Assembly (NCBI GenBank): GCA_002633005.1
Contig: NMRA01000140.1
Coordinates: 310,001 to 374,000 of the forward strand
Origin: Phoronis australis
Lineage: Eukaryota > Animalia > Phoronida
Length of the DNA: 64,000 nucleotides
Direction: 5' to 3'
In this document: piece after piece, positions 38,070 to 52,250 of the stretch
Layout of the letters: every line of letters begins with the position of its first letter
Position numbering within the stretch: position 1 is the first letter of the stretch
Translations under genes and position numbers: made by a program
The notes under the pieces: model-generated
Database searches by the model: none
Seen by the model: the letters and a program-made list of their open reading frames with translations, nothing else
Told to the model about the DNA's origin: nothing

Positions 38070-38395
38070 TAGGTGCCTACATACCAAATTTCATGAAAAT
38101 CCGTTCAGGACTTTTGAAGATACAAAGGTAAGCGTAAAAAACTAAAATTGCCACTAGGGGGCACACCGGTAGTCGGATCCGTCCGAAAGTTCGCACATGC
38201 CGTCCCATTCATGAATGGAACATATGTGCCAAATTTCATGAACGTATGTCAAAGGGTTTTGGAGATAGAGCAGCGGACGCCGGACGCCAGACGCCGGACG
38301 GACGCCGCCCGGACGGACGGACGGACGGACGGACGGACGGACAGAGATGACGGCATAATGCGTCCACATATAAATATGTGGGCGCATAAAAAAAA
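38070..38395 (+). mobile_element. Helentron-associated HINE/DINE-1-like element, 3' part (5' part in N gap 37850-38069)
   Basis: CCAAATTTCATGAA core repeats, (GGAC)n microsatellite, terminal hairpin ATGCGTCCACATA-taaa-TATGTGGGCGCAT followed by an A-run. Confidence 0.75.
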
Positions 38396-39012
38396 TGAAT
38401 TTTTGATTCAGACACCTTACAGTTATGAAATTAGTCTCAATTCATTCCTTACTCAGATTAGAGGTGATATATATAGGCTCACAAACAAATGATATTTCAC
38501 TTGAGTGAGGAACATTGTGAAATCAATTGATAGAAGACAGCTGTCTTAATCAAAGGTTTGTTTGTGAGATGGAATGTAGGGATGCGTTCCAAAAAGCTGA
38601 CTTATGTTCATTTCTGACTTACGTCTAAGACTTGACTCCACTTACAAATCTTGAAACTTCCACAACCAATAAGATACTCGATATTAAGACAAAACTTAAA
38701 TCAAAAACTTTCATCAAACTTAAGATCTCTTTCTTGAAACGGACTTGAGACAAATTTAGATATTATCTTAAAACTGACGGAAACTTAAGATTCGCCCCTC
38801 TTTTCTAGGAACGGGCTCAAAGTTTATAGTGACTTTAATTGAAAATGACACATTTTTCATGGCAACAGAAATTGGAGGGTATCACCAATGTGTCTTTGGT
38901 TTACAGGAGTGCACTGACAACTTAACGTAAGTCAAAAATTGCCTCATCTCAAAAACACGTCCAATTTGAACTCTGACACTACAAGTACGTCAAGCTTGCA
39001 CAGACCCAATAC

Positions 39013-39163
39013 CTGAAGATGAGTTCATTGCAGTGTTACTGTCGCGGAGCGCCACTGCTGTCTCCATCAGTTTACTGTCTGAGATGAGCACCAGACTTCG
39101 ACGGAAGGATAATCGGTGAGACGAGTTACGTTGCGACGATGGACCACGACGCAAGACAACGGT
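39013..39163 (-). CDS. NHS: NHS-family exon
   Basis: ttacag|TVVLRRGPSSQRNSSHRLSFRRSLVL...AMNSSS(G)|gtattg; phase 0 in, phase 1 out. Confidence 0.82.
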
Positions 39164-39447
39164 CTGTAACAAACACAAGTCATGTTGAAGAGCCCATGAA
39201 AAAAAGTGAATATCAAAAACACTGACTCTTAATTCAAAATATACGGCTGATTGTAAATTGGCAGGACGGGGACCATAATCTCTCATTTATGAACGAAATT
39301 TTGAAAGCTACAAAAACCAACTAGAAGCACTTTGAAAATGTAAGAATAATATTTCAATCAAGCACTTTCTTGGTTTTACGAAATCATCGGATAGGAATGA
39401 CGAAATGTTCTTTTTGCACTTTTCTTTGAATAGCTTAAAGAACACAC

Positions 39448-40365
39448 CTCTTGATCCCTGTATGCTGGTTCCAGAGTTGCTGCTTTACATCTGGCTGGTA
39501 GAGGAGAACCGGCTAACTGCCGCACTGGCGTGTCCTCAGCGTCTGACACGTCAGGCATGCTGAATGCATTCCGCTTACTGATCTTGTACCGCATAGGATC
39601 CATCCTATCCTTGTCCATTTCCTGAGAGTGGATCAGCTCACTTGCTTCACTCATACAATGGCCACCAAAATTATCGGACTGTGACCTTGGCACTGACAGG
39701 TTCTTCTTTGATTTTGACCGTTTTAAAAATTTCGGAAGCCACGATGAAAACTTCCTAGTCTTCTTCTCGGCTTTGTCCGTCTTATTCTGACCTTCAGTCA
39801 CTGTGGAAAGGTGCTTCGGAGGGAGTTCCTCTGAGCTTTTGGTCTTCAATTTGGAAAAGGATAAAGCACGTCGCAGGCGACTCATGGTGCCTTTCTTCTG
39901 ACTAGTATTTTTGGCAAGTGGCTTGTGACTCTGAGGTTCTGGGGTGCATTGCAATGAATCACTTGTCATCACTGGGTTACTAACAGTGCGGTCATTGGCA
40001 TGCATTGTCCATGGCCTTTGTCGAACACTACACGTATATGGAGTATTACGTTGCATTGATGAGTTTTCCCGCTCCCCGGAGAACGTCTGCCTCCGTTTCA
40101 AGGTTGGCATACTGCTGTATAAACTTTCTCGCTGTGACTGCCTCAAGCTGCACATGCGATCGAAACTAGCGCCCCCTGTGTCCACTTCCACAACATCCAC
40201 AGCGCATGTAGGCACGGATAACGCATTTTTCAATGTCAGCTCTTCAAGAGAGGGTAGATCTGGGTCAACGTTAATGATATCACTCTGTACACTGTACGTT
40301 GACTCGGGGCGCTTTCGAACTTTTGGTTTTGGGTATTCTTTCTCAGGAAAAACATGAGCTGTACA
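39448..40365 (-). CDS. NHS: NHS-family exon containing the NHS-domain start
   Basis: tttcag|CTAHVFP...LPSLEE...VDVVEVDTGGASFDRMCSLRQS (cf. NHS LPTPEE...IVPINVTG..FDR.AS.R.SL)...YRDQE|gtgtgt; phase 0 in, phase 0 out. Confidence 0.85.
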
Positions 40366-43300
40366 CTGAAATAAGAAGAAACCACATGTTTATAAGTTAA
40401 ATATAAATTCCTCAAAAGTCAACAACAGACAGATGTCAGTGAACAGCAAAACATCACCTGATTTAAAGTAGATAATAATGGTTGTAAAAAATACTAGGTC
40501 TATTTTGGAGATCATTGACATTCACATCAGGTCAGTCCTGATCCAAACACTGGATATATAACACAGAACATAAGTTTCACTTATCTTGTCAATGTTGTCG
40601 ATTGAGGCAACCATTCCCAGAACAGAAACACTTCCACAAAACTATTCAAAAGAAAACTGTCACCTCATCTAAACAAAAAGCTTACTGGAATACTCAAAGA
40701 AAATTCTCATTATCAAATCCAAAATGGATTCCTCTGACTGTAGAGAATAAACACAATGCTGTTGAAGCTACACATCACGCGAAAGGCTGCAAAATGCAGA
40801 CTCTGTTGCAAGAGACGAGCAAAAACAACAAATTGAAAGCAATCTCGAGAGAAACCGACACTTGATAAAATTGAATGGTAGTTAAATAATGACAAAAGAA
40901 GTTACAATGAGACCCAAGTAAAACAGGCCAGTGTATTATGCTAATACTTAAGTGCGACATACAGAGACGAGCAATAATAAAGAACTTCAAAGGCATCCTA
41001 CTTAACATGGTAATGACTCACCAGATCTGCACGCACATCTCATGTAAGCTTGAAGTGAGTTTAGCAGTGAGTTGCACTTAGAATGAAGGCGAGAATGACA
41101 GTCAAGACTATGACAACAATGATGAGGGTAATGGCGATGATGAATGATGACAAAAATGATGACAAGAAGTCCAGTCTTGTGCTGTGACAGTAGGCGAAAC
41201 AATGGTGATGATGACGATGACAAAAACAATTACGAAAAGTAGCCTTGTAGTGTGACACCAGGCAAAACTATGGTGACGATAATGATGAAGAAGAAACACT
41301 GTAGTCTTGTACCAATGGATGATAAACTAACATAAGTGCAGCGTGGAATCCAACAATAAAAGAGCAGTCATCAGAAATCGCAATAACTAGTGAATGGTAT
41401 GTTCTAGCGAAAAAAGGATGGTATACTCCTGATAGCGCTTGAACTGATCTCAGAACCAAAAAGTTATGACAGACCAACGTACTGTGCTTGGCGAAAAAAA
41501 ACTTGGCCAAGTAATAAGTCATAACCACTTCACCTGTCAAAACAGTCTATTGACATCAAAATACTCATTAAACTCATAAAATAACAGCACATTGTCTTTC
41601 TGCTAATCTGTGCAAAGAGAATCAATATTTGTTTTACAAATCACCCACAGAACTAAAATGGAGACCATGACTTCACTTGATAAGACATTTAATGACTATG
41701 AGTCACAGAGTTCAAAGGTCAAGAATTCACAGAGAGGAATGAACACCTAGCTTAGAACAAAAGATCTGAACATTCCACCAAAGGTTCATTTCTGCTGTAT
41801 ACAACTTTATCCAATGTCAGGCAGACATTTGATCATGTTTAAGACATGTTTGCCAATGGAAAACAGTGAATAGAGTGTTCTCAATCCCAGGAATCAATTA
41901 AATTTTATCTGTCAATAAACTATTGATACCGTAATTTTCATAAATTGGACACCTGTACATGATTGCATTCTGTACTATCTGTGAACTTTCATAATTTAGT
42001 CGACATGATGCTCAACCAATTAGACAAGGTAGAGTGCCACGCCGCCACGTCACTGCTGTGAATGCGGTTGTTCAACTGCTGCCACAGCAGAGCAGCACTG
42101 TCATCACACAAAATCATAAAAAGAGGCATTTTTGCGCTCAAGAATACAGCAGCACAGAAAGTTCTGTGTAATGAAGTACTGACTATGGCGGAATTGTGGG
42201 AAATAAGACAATCCTAGCGCCATCTGTTGACCCTCAGATATGAAGCAGTTTTCTTCGGTTTTACACGATACCTGTAGCCCCACAATCACAACAGTCAGTC
42301 GAGTCCCCGAGGATTTTTAGGTCTGAAAACTGGGGTTCGAGCAAGCACCTTCCGCAAACGTTCAACGCCGTATTTACGTTGAGACTGAATCTTTGATCCA
42401 GAAAGCAATGCTTAAATCAAGAAGTCATAGATTTGCCAACATCATTTTTTGATTAACTCCAGTAAATCTCAATTAACCCACTGGTGCAGAACACAGAGAG
42501 TGAGACAGATTGTATTTCAACAAGGGGAATTGAGACATCATTGGAATTCTATTTTGCTATATGGCCCCACCCCTGACCTGTGGTCAGTGCAAATCAGTGA
42601 TGCAATGGCTCTAAATTAGTGAGGAATATTTAGACCTAAACTGAAACAGATGTGTATGAATGCTATTACAATTTCCAGGCTCCAATTAGTAAAATCAAAG
42701 CCAGATTTTCAGTCTGAGATTTTTATCCAGATCAACTACATTAAAATCAGGGGAACCTCTGAGCAATTCTTTTTTATTTCAAAGTTAATAACTGCTTGAA
42801 GTGGACTTGCACAGCATCAGTTACCCTTGGTACAGAGTACCCATGTGAACATTCCAAACCTCTAGACTCCTTATACCATGTGACAGTTTCTGTCAACACC
42901 AGTCAATTACAGTCACACTCCACAAACAGCCCCCCTCCCCGCCCTATCTCCCCAATGTTGCCCACAACACCACCATACCTTGACATGTGTCCCACAACTC
43001 ACATCTGATTACCTCTATGTCCACTGTGGGTGTGTTGCCTGTCTCTACTGATCCAGGCTAATTAAGACCAGTTATCTGTGCTCTGAGGGTCTAAAATAAA
43101 CAATCTCTAGACCAGCTCTGATCAGAGCCATGTAATAAACAAGGATTGGGCTGGGCTAGCATATCGCACTCAAGTAATGCACTCAAATGGATTGGATTGT
43201 GTCCTATGAACCAAATTAAAGGATTCCATAAACTCCACCACTGCTGAGCCAACACACATCTTACCTAATCTACAGCGGTAATTTTAATTTAAAAATAGGC

Positions 43301-44714
43301 AATAAGTAAAATTAACATTTTGAAAGCACGATTTTGATGCAATATCCAGGCCTGCATTCCATAGGTGCAACACATAAGCCATACATTCACAGCAGCAAAC
43401 CTTCCCTTACGGAATGGGAACAATTAACTATGTCCCACAATGCAGCATTCCAATCTCAGCAACCAGTCGCTACAATGGCCGACATTTCGCAGTTTCGCAA
43501 GTATGGTATCGAGGAGAACACTCGCGAAACACTTGCCTTAAATTTGCATGATTTTGAGTTATTTCGTTTTTCTTGAAACTGTACGCAGAACAAGAAGATG
43601 ACAATGTAGGCAGTGACATATTTTTGGAGTTGGTGAGATGAGGGGATTAAAAAAATAACATGGCCACATCTATGGTCGGTTGCAACGAGATTTTGTAAGT
43701 CAACCCTGTGAGAGGCAAAGTTACTAAAATATACCCACTGTTAATTTACTCCACATATCTCAACACAATACAATGCACAGGTGCACCTTAATTTAATATG
43801 CGGATTATCAAAGGTTATGTAATACTCTAGGTAACCTTATCACATTCATAAATCATTGCTAATTGACATAAATGGTGCTTGATTTAATGAAACTCTAAAA
43901 CAGAGCTTGTGTGCAGTGTCCCCACTAAGGAAGTCTCTTAATGTCTTCTTAAGTACAAACTGACACTTATACAAAGTGTATCCAACCAATATCTTGCTCA
44001 AGCCTGACAAATCAATAACCACAGCATTTCTACGTTTCTTTTCCAAATCACAATATTCCACATAATGTACACAAAAGTAGGTTACGGTTTGCCTCGAGAA
44101 ATCATCAATATCTAGTCAAGTCAAGATGGAAGCAGATTTCCAGACATAATCCATAACCTCAACATCCAGATTACTTACGCAATGTTGCTTTCATCCTTAA
44201 TGGGATTATTCAGAGTATATTACACTTACTTACAACCGATAAGCACTTGTAAGTGGCTCAGTGCACACTTAGAGCAAGTCAACCCATTTCTTCACACAAC
44301 CCTAAGAACTAGTATTTAAGAATTTTAATTAAAATGGCTTTGTGGACATAAAATCAGCGGCTTCAACATGAAGTCTCTGACATGCAATTTTAAACTTTAA
44401 GTTTGACAATAATTATCCCGACAAAAGCTTATACCGAAAAATTTATGAATACTCAGTTGAAACATTACATCTGCTATGCCTATTAATTTGAAATGAGTCT
44501 CTCATAAGCTAAATACTAATAACTCGAGAAATGAGATGGAATTTGACAACAAAGACCCTTCGATAAAAATTTCCCAATTGCATTCCCATACAATATTGAA
44601 TTAACTTTAGATTGCTGAAAACAGTGATACAAGTGGAACTTAACGGGACCCAAACTGACACATTACATCAAGGGTAGTCTTGCATGGTCCAGGATCTATA
44701 AATACAACACTTAC

Positions 44715-44879
44715 TTTATCTAAATGTTCCTCCTGTATTCCGTTGTAAGGCCGTGTAATAACTGGCATTAAATGGAAGACTGTAGAGGGCGCCACTTCAT
44801 CCGCCGGTGTCGACGCGTCAAACCTTCTTAATACCTCGGCAGGTGACTTGTCTGCGCTGTTATAAATTTCAGTAACCAC
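44715..44879 (-). CDS. NHS: NHS-family exon (end of WAVE homology domain)
   Basis: ttgcag|VVTEIYNSADKSPAEVLRRFD...EHLDK|gtaagt; phase 0 in, phase 0 out. Confidence 0.8.
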
Positions 44880-45730
44880 CTGCAAAAGATCAATCATAAT
44901 GAAAGGAAATTAAAAGTAAATAAACATAAAAACATGCGAGAACAAATAGCTACAGAAATAACAGGACATAAATAATGGAAACTAACACAAATATGAATGA
45001 GTGATTTGCATGACTCACAAAAACGTGGAAACAAAGACACCTAAATCTACAGCAATTAATCCCATCAAAATGTGCCAGGCATGCTATTTGACATTTGTGT
45101 GCTAAAAACACACCCTGCTTTCTGTTAGGTTAACACTGTTGCCATCGTCATTTTTTCCTGTTTAAAATTACACAACAGTGAGTATGTTTGTCATGTGTGA
45201 AGCTAACTGTCAATATTGCTGATGTTTGAATACTCGCATCTGTCCATAGTACCAGCTATCTTCCACTTAAAACATTGAGAGTGGTCAGGAGAGCAAACAC
45301 TTGGGGAAATTACATAACATAACATAGCGAACGAACGTGTAAGGTAAAGACAGTTTCCAAACTGAGCATCTAACAAGCCTTCAAACTCACCTGCACCAAA
45401 GCAATGTATTTCCCTTCTAGTGTGCTAGGGAACCAAATCGATTCCTAATAAATAACACTTTTGTCGTTGATCATATAATCTCTTGTAGTGCATTGGGTTA
45501 TTGCATGTAACTATTGCCTGGAAAAGTGCAACTTAAAATCCTACCTAATTGCCAAAGGCTTCGAATCCCAGTCGAATTTTCTTTTCTAATGTTAGCAGGT
45601 GTAGCTGTGGTCTCAGAGTAGATCAAGTTGTTTTTCTCTTTATTGTAGTCCAGGACATTGGCATCATGACATTTCATGCTATGAATGAAAAATGTCAGGA
45701 ACTAAAACCCTTCAGCTCTGAGTGACTCAC

Positions 45731-45831
45731 CTGAGGCCGGTGCTCAGCTGTGAAGTGTTGATTCTTGCAGACTTGTCTGGACTCATAATGTTGCAGTGAG
45801 ATTAATTCGGAAGACTTCAGGTCCACGCTAC
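45731..45831 (-). CDS. NHS: NHS-family exon (WAVE homology domain)
   Basis: tcatag|xSVDLKSSELISLQHYESRQVCKNQHFTAEHRPQ|gtgagt resembles WHD SNLD.ES....Y......Q..F....RP; needs an upstream phase-1 exon that was not identified. Confidence 0.8.
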
Positions 45832-47713
45832 CTATGAAGGAAACACAAAGATGGCTATTATTGTAATACATACAAATGGTTTCCCTTAAATAACACCCAG
45901 AGACCGATAAAAAACAATACAATACAATACAATACCTTTGAAGATTTTGAAAAATGGAAATGGTGACTCAATGCTCTAATAAAAGTGAAGAAAAACATCA
46001 CACCTGACAAAACATCTAAAATAACTCTGTATATGTATATACATATATCATAAAATTTACTGAGTACATGACAGTGTTGTCTGTTGGCACCTTTAATGCA
46101 TGCTGTACTCTTTCAAACTCTCAGTATATTTGTTGTATTCAAAAAATTTTGCCCACAAAAAGAGGGGCTACTGTCACACTATTGATGTATCACAAAACGT
46201 ACAATCTGTAACGAATGACACGTGTTAAACCACTGGTAAAATAAGTTTAAAGATTAGCAGCCAGGTGGCAACACAGTCATTTTATCATATGACCAGCTGT
46301 TATTGTTCTCATAAGTAAAAAGCAATAAACGGCAGCAGAAGAGGAGAGTCCTCCGACGTCTCGTCTACACACAACCAGTTTTCCTATGTGATTTTGAATA
46401 CGATTTTTCAACCACTATCAACACTCAGCTTGTCGCATATGACTCTCTATGCAACTTTTTTGCTCATACAGTCATGTTAGAACACATAGTTGTATACAAT
46501 AGTTCATATACAAAGTTGTGAAAGGTGCACGTGAAACATTGTGCAGACAGGGCTGAACAAACACTGGTTCTCTGTTACAAAAAGAGTCTTACTGTGTTAT
46601 GGCAACTTCTTTGACATAGCCTTAAACAAAGACAAGGGAATGTCACAACAAGATTAAATACCAGCTTCATATGTAATGACAGGAATTTGATTCTCAATTA
46701 ATTATTTCTACCCAAATGTATCAAAAATGTTTATTTCAAAAAACGAAAGAATGAAAAATTTAGTCTACAAAGTTTGACGTCTGCCCGTCAGAGAGTTTAA
46801 AACAAAGAAAACTGAATGGGAAGCACGGAAAGGTTTCCACAAAAATACCTTTTTCCTAAAAATTGTGGAAAGTTCACTCCTTTCTGACATCTTAGAGTGT
46901 GACGAACTAAATGAAAGCTGTCTATAGTGCTTCGTACTACAAAAATGAGATAGTAACAACATCCCAAACTTGACCTTGCTTTCAGGTAAATACATGCAAG
47001 ATGAAAGACAAGACAGGTGGTGCACACGCCCCCGTAAACTCTTCGGGGTTATTAGAAGTATGTGGACATGAATTGGGTCACTTTGAAATGGCAAAATACA
47101 GGTATCACGGCTCACAAAATTAGCTCAGCACATGGATGTGCCAGTCAAGACAGTCATGCTGTCGACCCACGCACTGAATCAGCTGGGCATAAGTTGGGAA
47201 TGAGAGTTTAGAAAGCGAGTACCGTGACTGTTATCCGAGTCTTGTGTGTTCAGCTGACACTGTACTTATAGTCTACGTATGGTGAATCTTTATGAATTCA
47301 GTACACGATGTGATGAAACGTGAAATTATATGTTCCATAAAATGTCTCAACAAAAATAAAACATTGGAAAATTCTACTTGGTTACTAGCATGATTTGAGC
47401 TGTGTATCTGTCCCTATAAAACAACAATGGTAACTTTGAATTATTTATCCTAACACCAACAGTTCTGGAGGTAGGCAACTATTTTTGGAAACAACTGAGC
47501 AGCTGTCAGATATAAATTGACTGACAAACAGTTACTGAATTGATCGACAGTATATTAGGAGACTTTGACTTTCAGTTATAAAACTTTTAAAAAGCTGTCA
47601 TAACTTCAGGTTCGGCCAAAGAAAATAACTCTTGATTTAGACAAATTAGCGCTATAAAAATGTCTCGACTTGTGTCTAAGGTCCACTATAAAATTAGTCT
47701 CAACTTGTTTCTA

Positions 47714-48117
47714 AAATCCGATCCACACGCAGCCTACACTAGAACAACATGCACTAGTGCAACTTACCTCACTTTTAAGTGGAGTTTCCACACACACATA
47801 TCTGATAACTAGGGTAAGGCAGAAGTTGTCTTTCTGGGGGTAACAATGAACACCTTATGCCAAAACGCATCGCAAAAGATGTCTGTATATAGCTGTTAAT
47901 TACTTACGCCTTGCCCCGGGTTAGCGGCCACATAACGTAACATTTTGAGGTGCATGTTACCCTAGAACAGAACAAATTACTCCACCTCAATAAGGTAGAG
48001 TAAGTTGCCACAAGTGGGGTAAGTTGCACTTTAAGCGTCCACACAGCCCTCAAATCAAGTGACAACTCGTTCCTGGAGTAACTTGTTCTAGGGTAAGTCT
48101 GTGAGTGGACGGCACTC
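47714..48117. mobile_element. PIF/Harbinger-like MITE; inverted family copy at ~53869-54221
   Basis: Imperfect TIRs (..TCCACAC.CAG.CT.AC.CTAGAACAA..); both ends are collinear with the reverse complement of 53869-54221. Confidence 0.65.
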
Positions 48118-48298
48118 AAGTTATTTGGGAAATGCTTTCTTGGCATGGGATGAATTGAGAGTTCATAAAAACTTAAGACCTCGTACAGTTCATAAAACAA
48201 CACAATAGGTCGAGCCAAGTTCTCAAACTGGTCTCAAATGTAACGTCTATCTGTTATTTCTTTGTAAGCCTACAAATCACTTCCAATTTGAACGAGAA

Positions 48299-48375
48299 AC
48301 AAGTACAGAGGATTATGACAAGTACAGAGTATTATAACAGGTACAGAGCATTATGACAAGTACAGAGCATTATAA
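48299..48375. repeat. 19-bp minisatellite x4
   Basis: ACAAGTACAGAGCATTAT(G/A) consensus repeated four times. Confidence 0.85.
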
Positions 48376-50949
48376 CCTTTTGTGGTCTACAGAACTTCTT
48401 TACTAATTCAGCACACCATATGTCAGACAAATGAAATTCTATTTTGCCAAATTTCACAACAAAAACAAAGATTAAGAAAATTTTAATCTACCATTAGCTT
48501 GTTTGCATTGTGTACATGTCACAAAAGAACATTTCCTGCAAGGTGATCAACCTTGTAAAAAGGGAAACAATCACAAGTTTTGCAATTATTTTGTGCGAAA
48601 AGAGGCTAGTAGAAAGTAACCGGAAATAAAGTTTGTTCTTTGACAGGATTTATAGTACAACATAGCTAGCAAAATCTCTACCAGAGTCTCACATTGTGAG
48701 CTTGCTGTGTTCTAATCAGCAAGGAAAAGTGTTTCCTCAATAGCCAATAGAACTCCTCAAGTGGTGTGTTGATAAAACAACAGTTACTTCACCAAAACTA
48801 CACATGTTCCTAATGTGGTAAACCACAGGCTATCTGTGCCTTGTTTAATTGTTTAGAATGGCATGGCAAATTTCACACTAAGGCTACCATAAAAACACAT
48901 ATTCCGCCAACTTTACCAATACATGATGTTCAAAACTTACTGATAAACCATGGACTCTTGCTTATGTCTATTGGATTACATAGCCCAATACACATAAAGT
49001 GACAATTACTAACAGTCCGTTAATTAGCATACAGGTGGTTGACTTCACACCTAACAAAAGCTATTGATGCTTTTTTACTTTTGGCTGAGGATTCCCTCCA
49101 AGTCCAAGCTGGTTGAGATCACCTCAGTTGAAATTTGACATAAGTGCACTATATGGCAGGCTTTTATAGTGATGTAATTATGTAAGGTAACAGGAAATGA
49201 AGATTGGATGTATCAAAGTGTGTCAATGTGTGTATTCCTTTCTGTAGCAAGGTAGGGTTGAATTACCTGCAGGGCACATGTATTGTACTAGTCTATGAAT
49301 GACAGGCAGGTTGGTTGAACAGGCAGAGTGTATCCCATAAATCAAAAGATCATTTATAGCTATCTATTATGTGATAAATTACCTGAATTGATGGCCTACC
49401 TGAGGCTAAGTCATTTAGGCCTATAAAAGTACACAAAGGGGCGAGATTGATTACCTTTGAGTCTATCATGATCAGCTAAACACTAACACAGAGGTACAGC
49501 AGTACTTTTTAATTAAAAATGATAAATGACATTTTTTGTTTTCGAAGATACACTTCATATTAATGCAAAAAGTGCTTAGAAGATTTCATCACATTTCGTT
49601 TCATGTACGTGAACAGTACAAACACTTCTAGAAGCATAACAGTGTTCTCCACGACCTGTGTTAACATGTGCTGTGACCAGTTCACCAGCACTTGTGACAT
49701 TTTTGAATGGCTTCCGACAGGTTAGGGTTTCCAGGTGCTGAGAGTACAGTGGCTAGATATGCTTGTAAATAAAAAATGTGTAACATGTATGTCAGTATCA
49801 GTTTTTAAAAACAAAAGGTTGAACAAATATTTTTTCTGTACTGCTCAAGTACACCTGTGTTGAGTTCAATAAGTCTTGCAAGAAAAGCAAGATCTAGCGA
49901 GATATCGCTAAGTATGTTCAATGAGAACATGTGATTTTGGCAAAAATTTCTCACTACGAGACAGCTGCTGAACTCGACCTTGGAAACAAGGCACTAGTAA
50001 ATGTGTGCTGAAGAACACAGGCGTGCAAGTACATTAGCACTTTTGAAATAAGCCAACGCCTTGGCATGTTCAGGTACAGTTTACCTATGCGTTCTTCTGA
50101 CATTTTTGGGTTTACAGTAGTGGAGAACACCGAAAAATTTACTTAAATAATGTTTAACGAAATAAAATCTTATTTTTCTACCCTATGCTTTGTTTTAATG
50201 ACGACAATTCATCGAAGTATGTGCATAAGAAAAGTGCAGAATAGTACCCTACAAGACCTATCCCTTGAAGCATGTTTGGTACTTGGTGAGATACTGAATG
50301 ACGAAAACATGGTGAAATTTGCCCACTCCAAATTTTAGAGTCAGTTCAAATCAATGGGGATTAGGACAATGAACATACCAGCTGTTTAATAAAATCCCTG
50401 AGATCGCCAGCATTTTAATAAATGACACTAAACACTAACGTTGCATGGTTGCTCATTTCATCTTGGACCACACCGTTTCTTAGACTTTATGAAGATATTT
50501 CTAACACTTTACAGTCAAAAAAACTATGACTGCTCCCATTAAGAGTAAACACAATCAAACTGCGCATCTGTTGGTGCCAGTCAACATGTGTTACCCAACG
50601 ACAGGACTTGACGACTTGCCAAAAAAACCTGCAGTCTCACAAGGGTGACTCATAATTTACATCACACCTATAAGAGCATTATGGCCTCCACTGTGGACAG
50701 AGCAAGCTCATGGGGTCGGCTGGGAGACTGGCTGACATCAGCTGGTCAAGTAAAACAGACACCAGACAAACACTTGATGTACATAGGTGCAGAGTTCTCA
50801 GGGTCATTCGGGTTTTCTACCACCATGAAATGACACATTTTGAACAATAGTTGGCCAGACTCTTCTCATCCACTCAATTATATAAGTGACCACTTTAAGA
50901 CACCTTTAAGAGACCAATGCCCATTAGTCATGAAGAGCTCCTCAAGTCA

Positions 50950-52250
50950 AAACCAGAATCAGAAATGTTTTTATATCTAGGCATTGACCTCATAATACAG
51001 GAGACTTAATACATAACAACTTTACAGTGATTCGACTCTAAGCACTGTTGCTCTTGAAATATACAGCGCCAGGCTTTTTAGTTCACAAAGATCATGGCTT
51101 AGAAATAATGCAACTATTCTGGTATCATCTGTCATATTCGTCAACAAATTTCTGGAAAACATCACCAAGGAACTGTTTAATCTGACCAGTATTGCTCCTC
51201 AGCTCGGATCTATGTGAGGTCCGAGGTCAGACAAGCCTTTCAGAAGCCTACCAAAAATCAACTGACTGGTCTTGCATTTGCATCAAACCATTATCTGTAT
51301 CACTCCTGCTAAAAATGGTAATTCTTCACTTATTCCATGCAAAAATAACTAAAATTTTAATTTTTCTATTTTTCAAAAGCAGATTACTTGGCAGGTAATG
51401 TGACTACGTCTGCCAACTGTTCTTTCATGATATCTGCATACAACAAACAACAGGCATACATACGATTGGCTAAACTTTTCCTAACAGTTGTTTTAGTTGA
51501 GAAATTAAATTGAATTTCATTTGACAGCCATAATGTGGGTAACTAGGTTAAGAATTACTGCATAATAAATATTTATCAATGCAAGAAATCAACTCTGGCT
51601 GCCAGAAAGTCTGAAGTCCCTGATTAAAGCTATCACCTCGTCTGCGGGCATGACTGCATGCAAAAAATAATTTCATTCCCTATATTGATATCTGCATCAC
51701 ACCCACCATTATGGTAGTCACCACCTGTTAACTATATCAGTCCCCTTTGAAGTTGCCAATGCACAGCAGTACAGTGTCAAGCTAAAGCCCCAGGATAGAT
51801 GGACTATTATAAACAGTTTAGATTGGCTTGTGTTTGCAGTGGCCAACCAATATGAGCCACAATTCGTGCTTGTACACACAGGCAATGGGTGTGCAGATGA
51901 CTTTGTAAATGTTTTCACAGCTGGGACCTCACTCTCAGCCAAATACCAACACTTTAGAGTCAAAATATGGACCCAGCATAACAGCTGCACTGCCTGGATC
52001 CAATATATTAAATTTTATCTTAGACCCCTTTACAGTATTGAAGTGGGTTGAATCTCTACTAAAAAATTCCATGAATTCAATCCAAGGAGACATCTCACTG
52101 TTCAACAAAATCAGCATCCTGTGGTCAATACNTGGAGACATGTTGTCTATCAGCCATTTTGCTTTCTAACTAGAGACGAGACTTTTGTCTGAATTTTTAG
52201 TTGACATTGTCACTTTTTATTGATTACAAGTGGACCACCAGAGCAATAAC
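50950..52250 (-). mobile_element. Very degraded LINE ORF2 relic (L1/Tx1-like)
   Basis: Only motif ghosts in correct order on the minus strand: KSRL / DH (endonuclease end), P..C.C..ADI, VDF..A.ER, and a YADDT-like TATGACAGATGATACC. Confidence 0.35.

Noticed and set aside
37647-38492. ORFs across the second gap and RTDG-repeat ORFs
   Set aside because: N-gap artefacts and translation of the (GGAC)n microsatellite.
39378-39380. Alternative donor TC|GTAAAA for the NHS exon
   Set aside because: Phase 2 puts the next exon out of frame with a premature stop.
43349-43708. Possible hAT MITE (CAGGCCTGCA...TCAACCCTG)
   Set aside because: TIR too degenerate and no TSD.
48299-48375. CRISPR-like array
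   Set aside because: Contiguous 19-bp tandem units without unique spacers; eukaryotic context, no cas genes.
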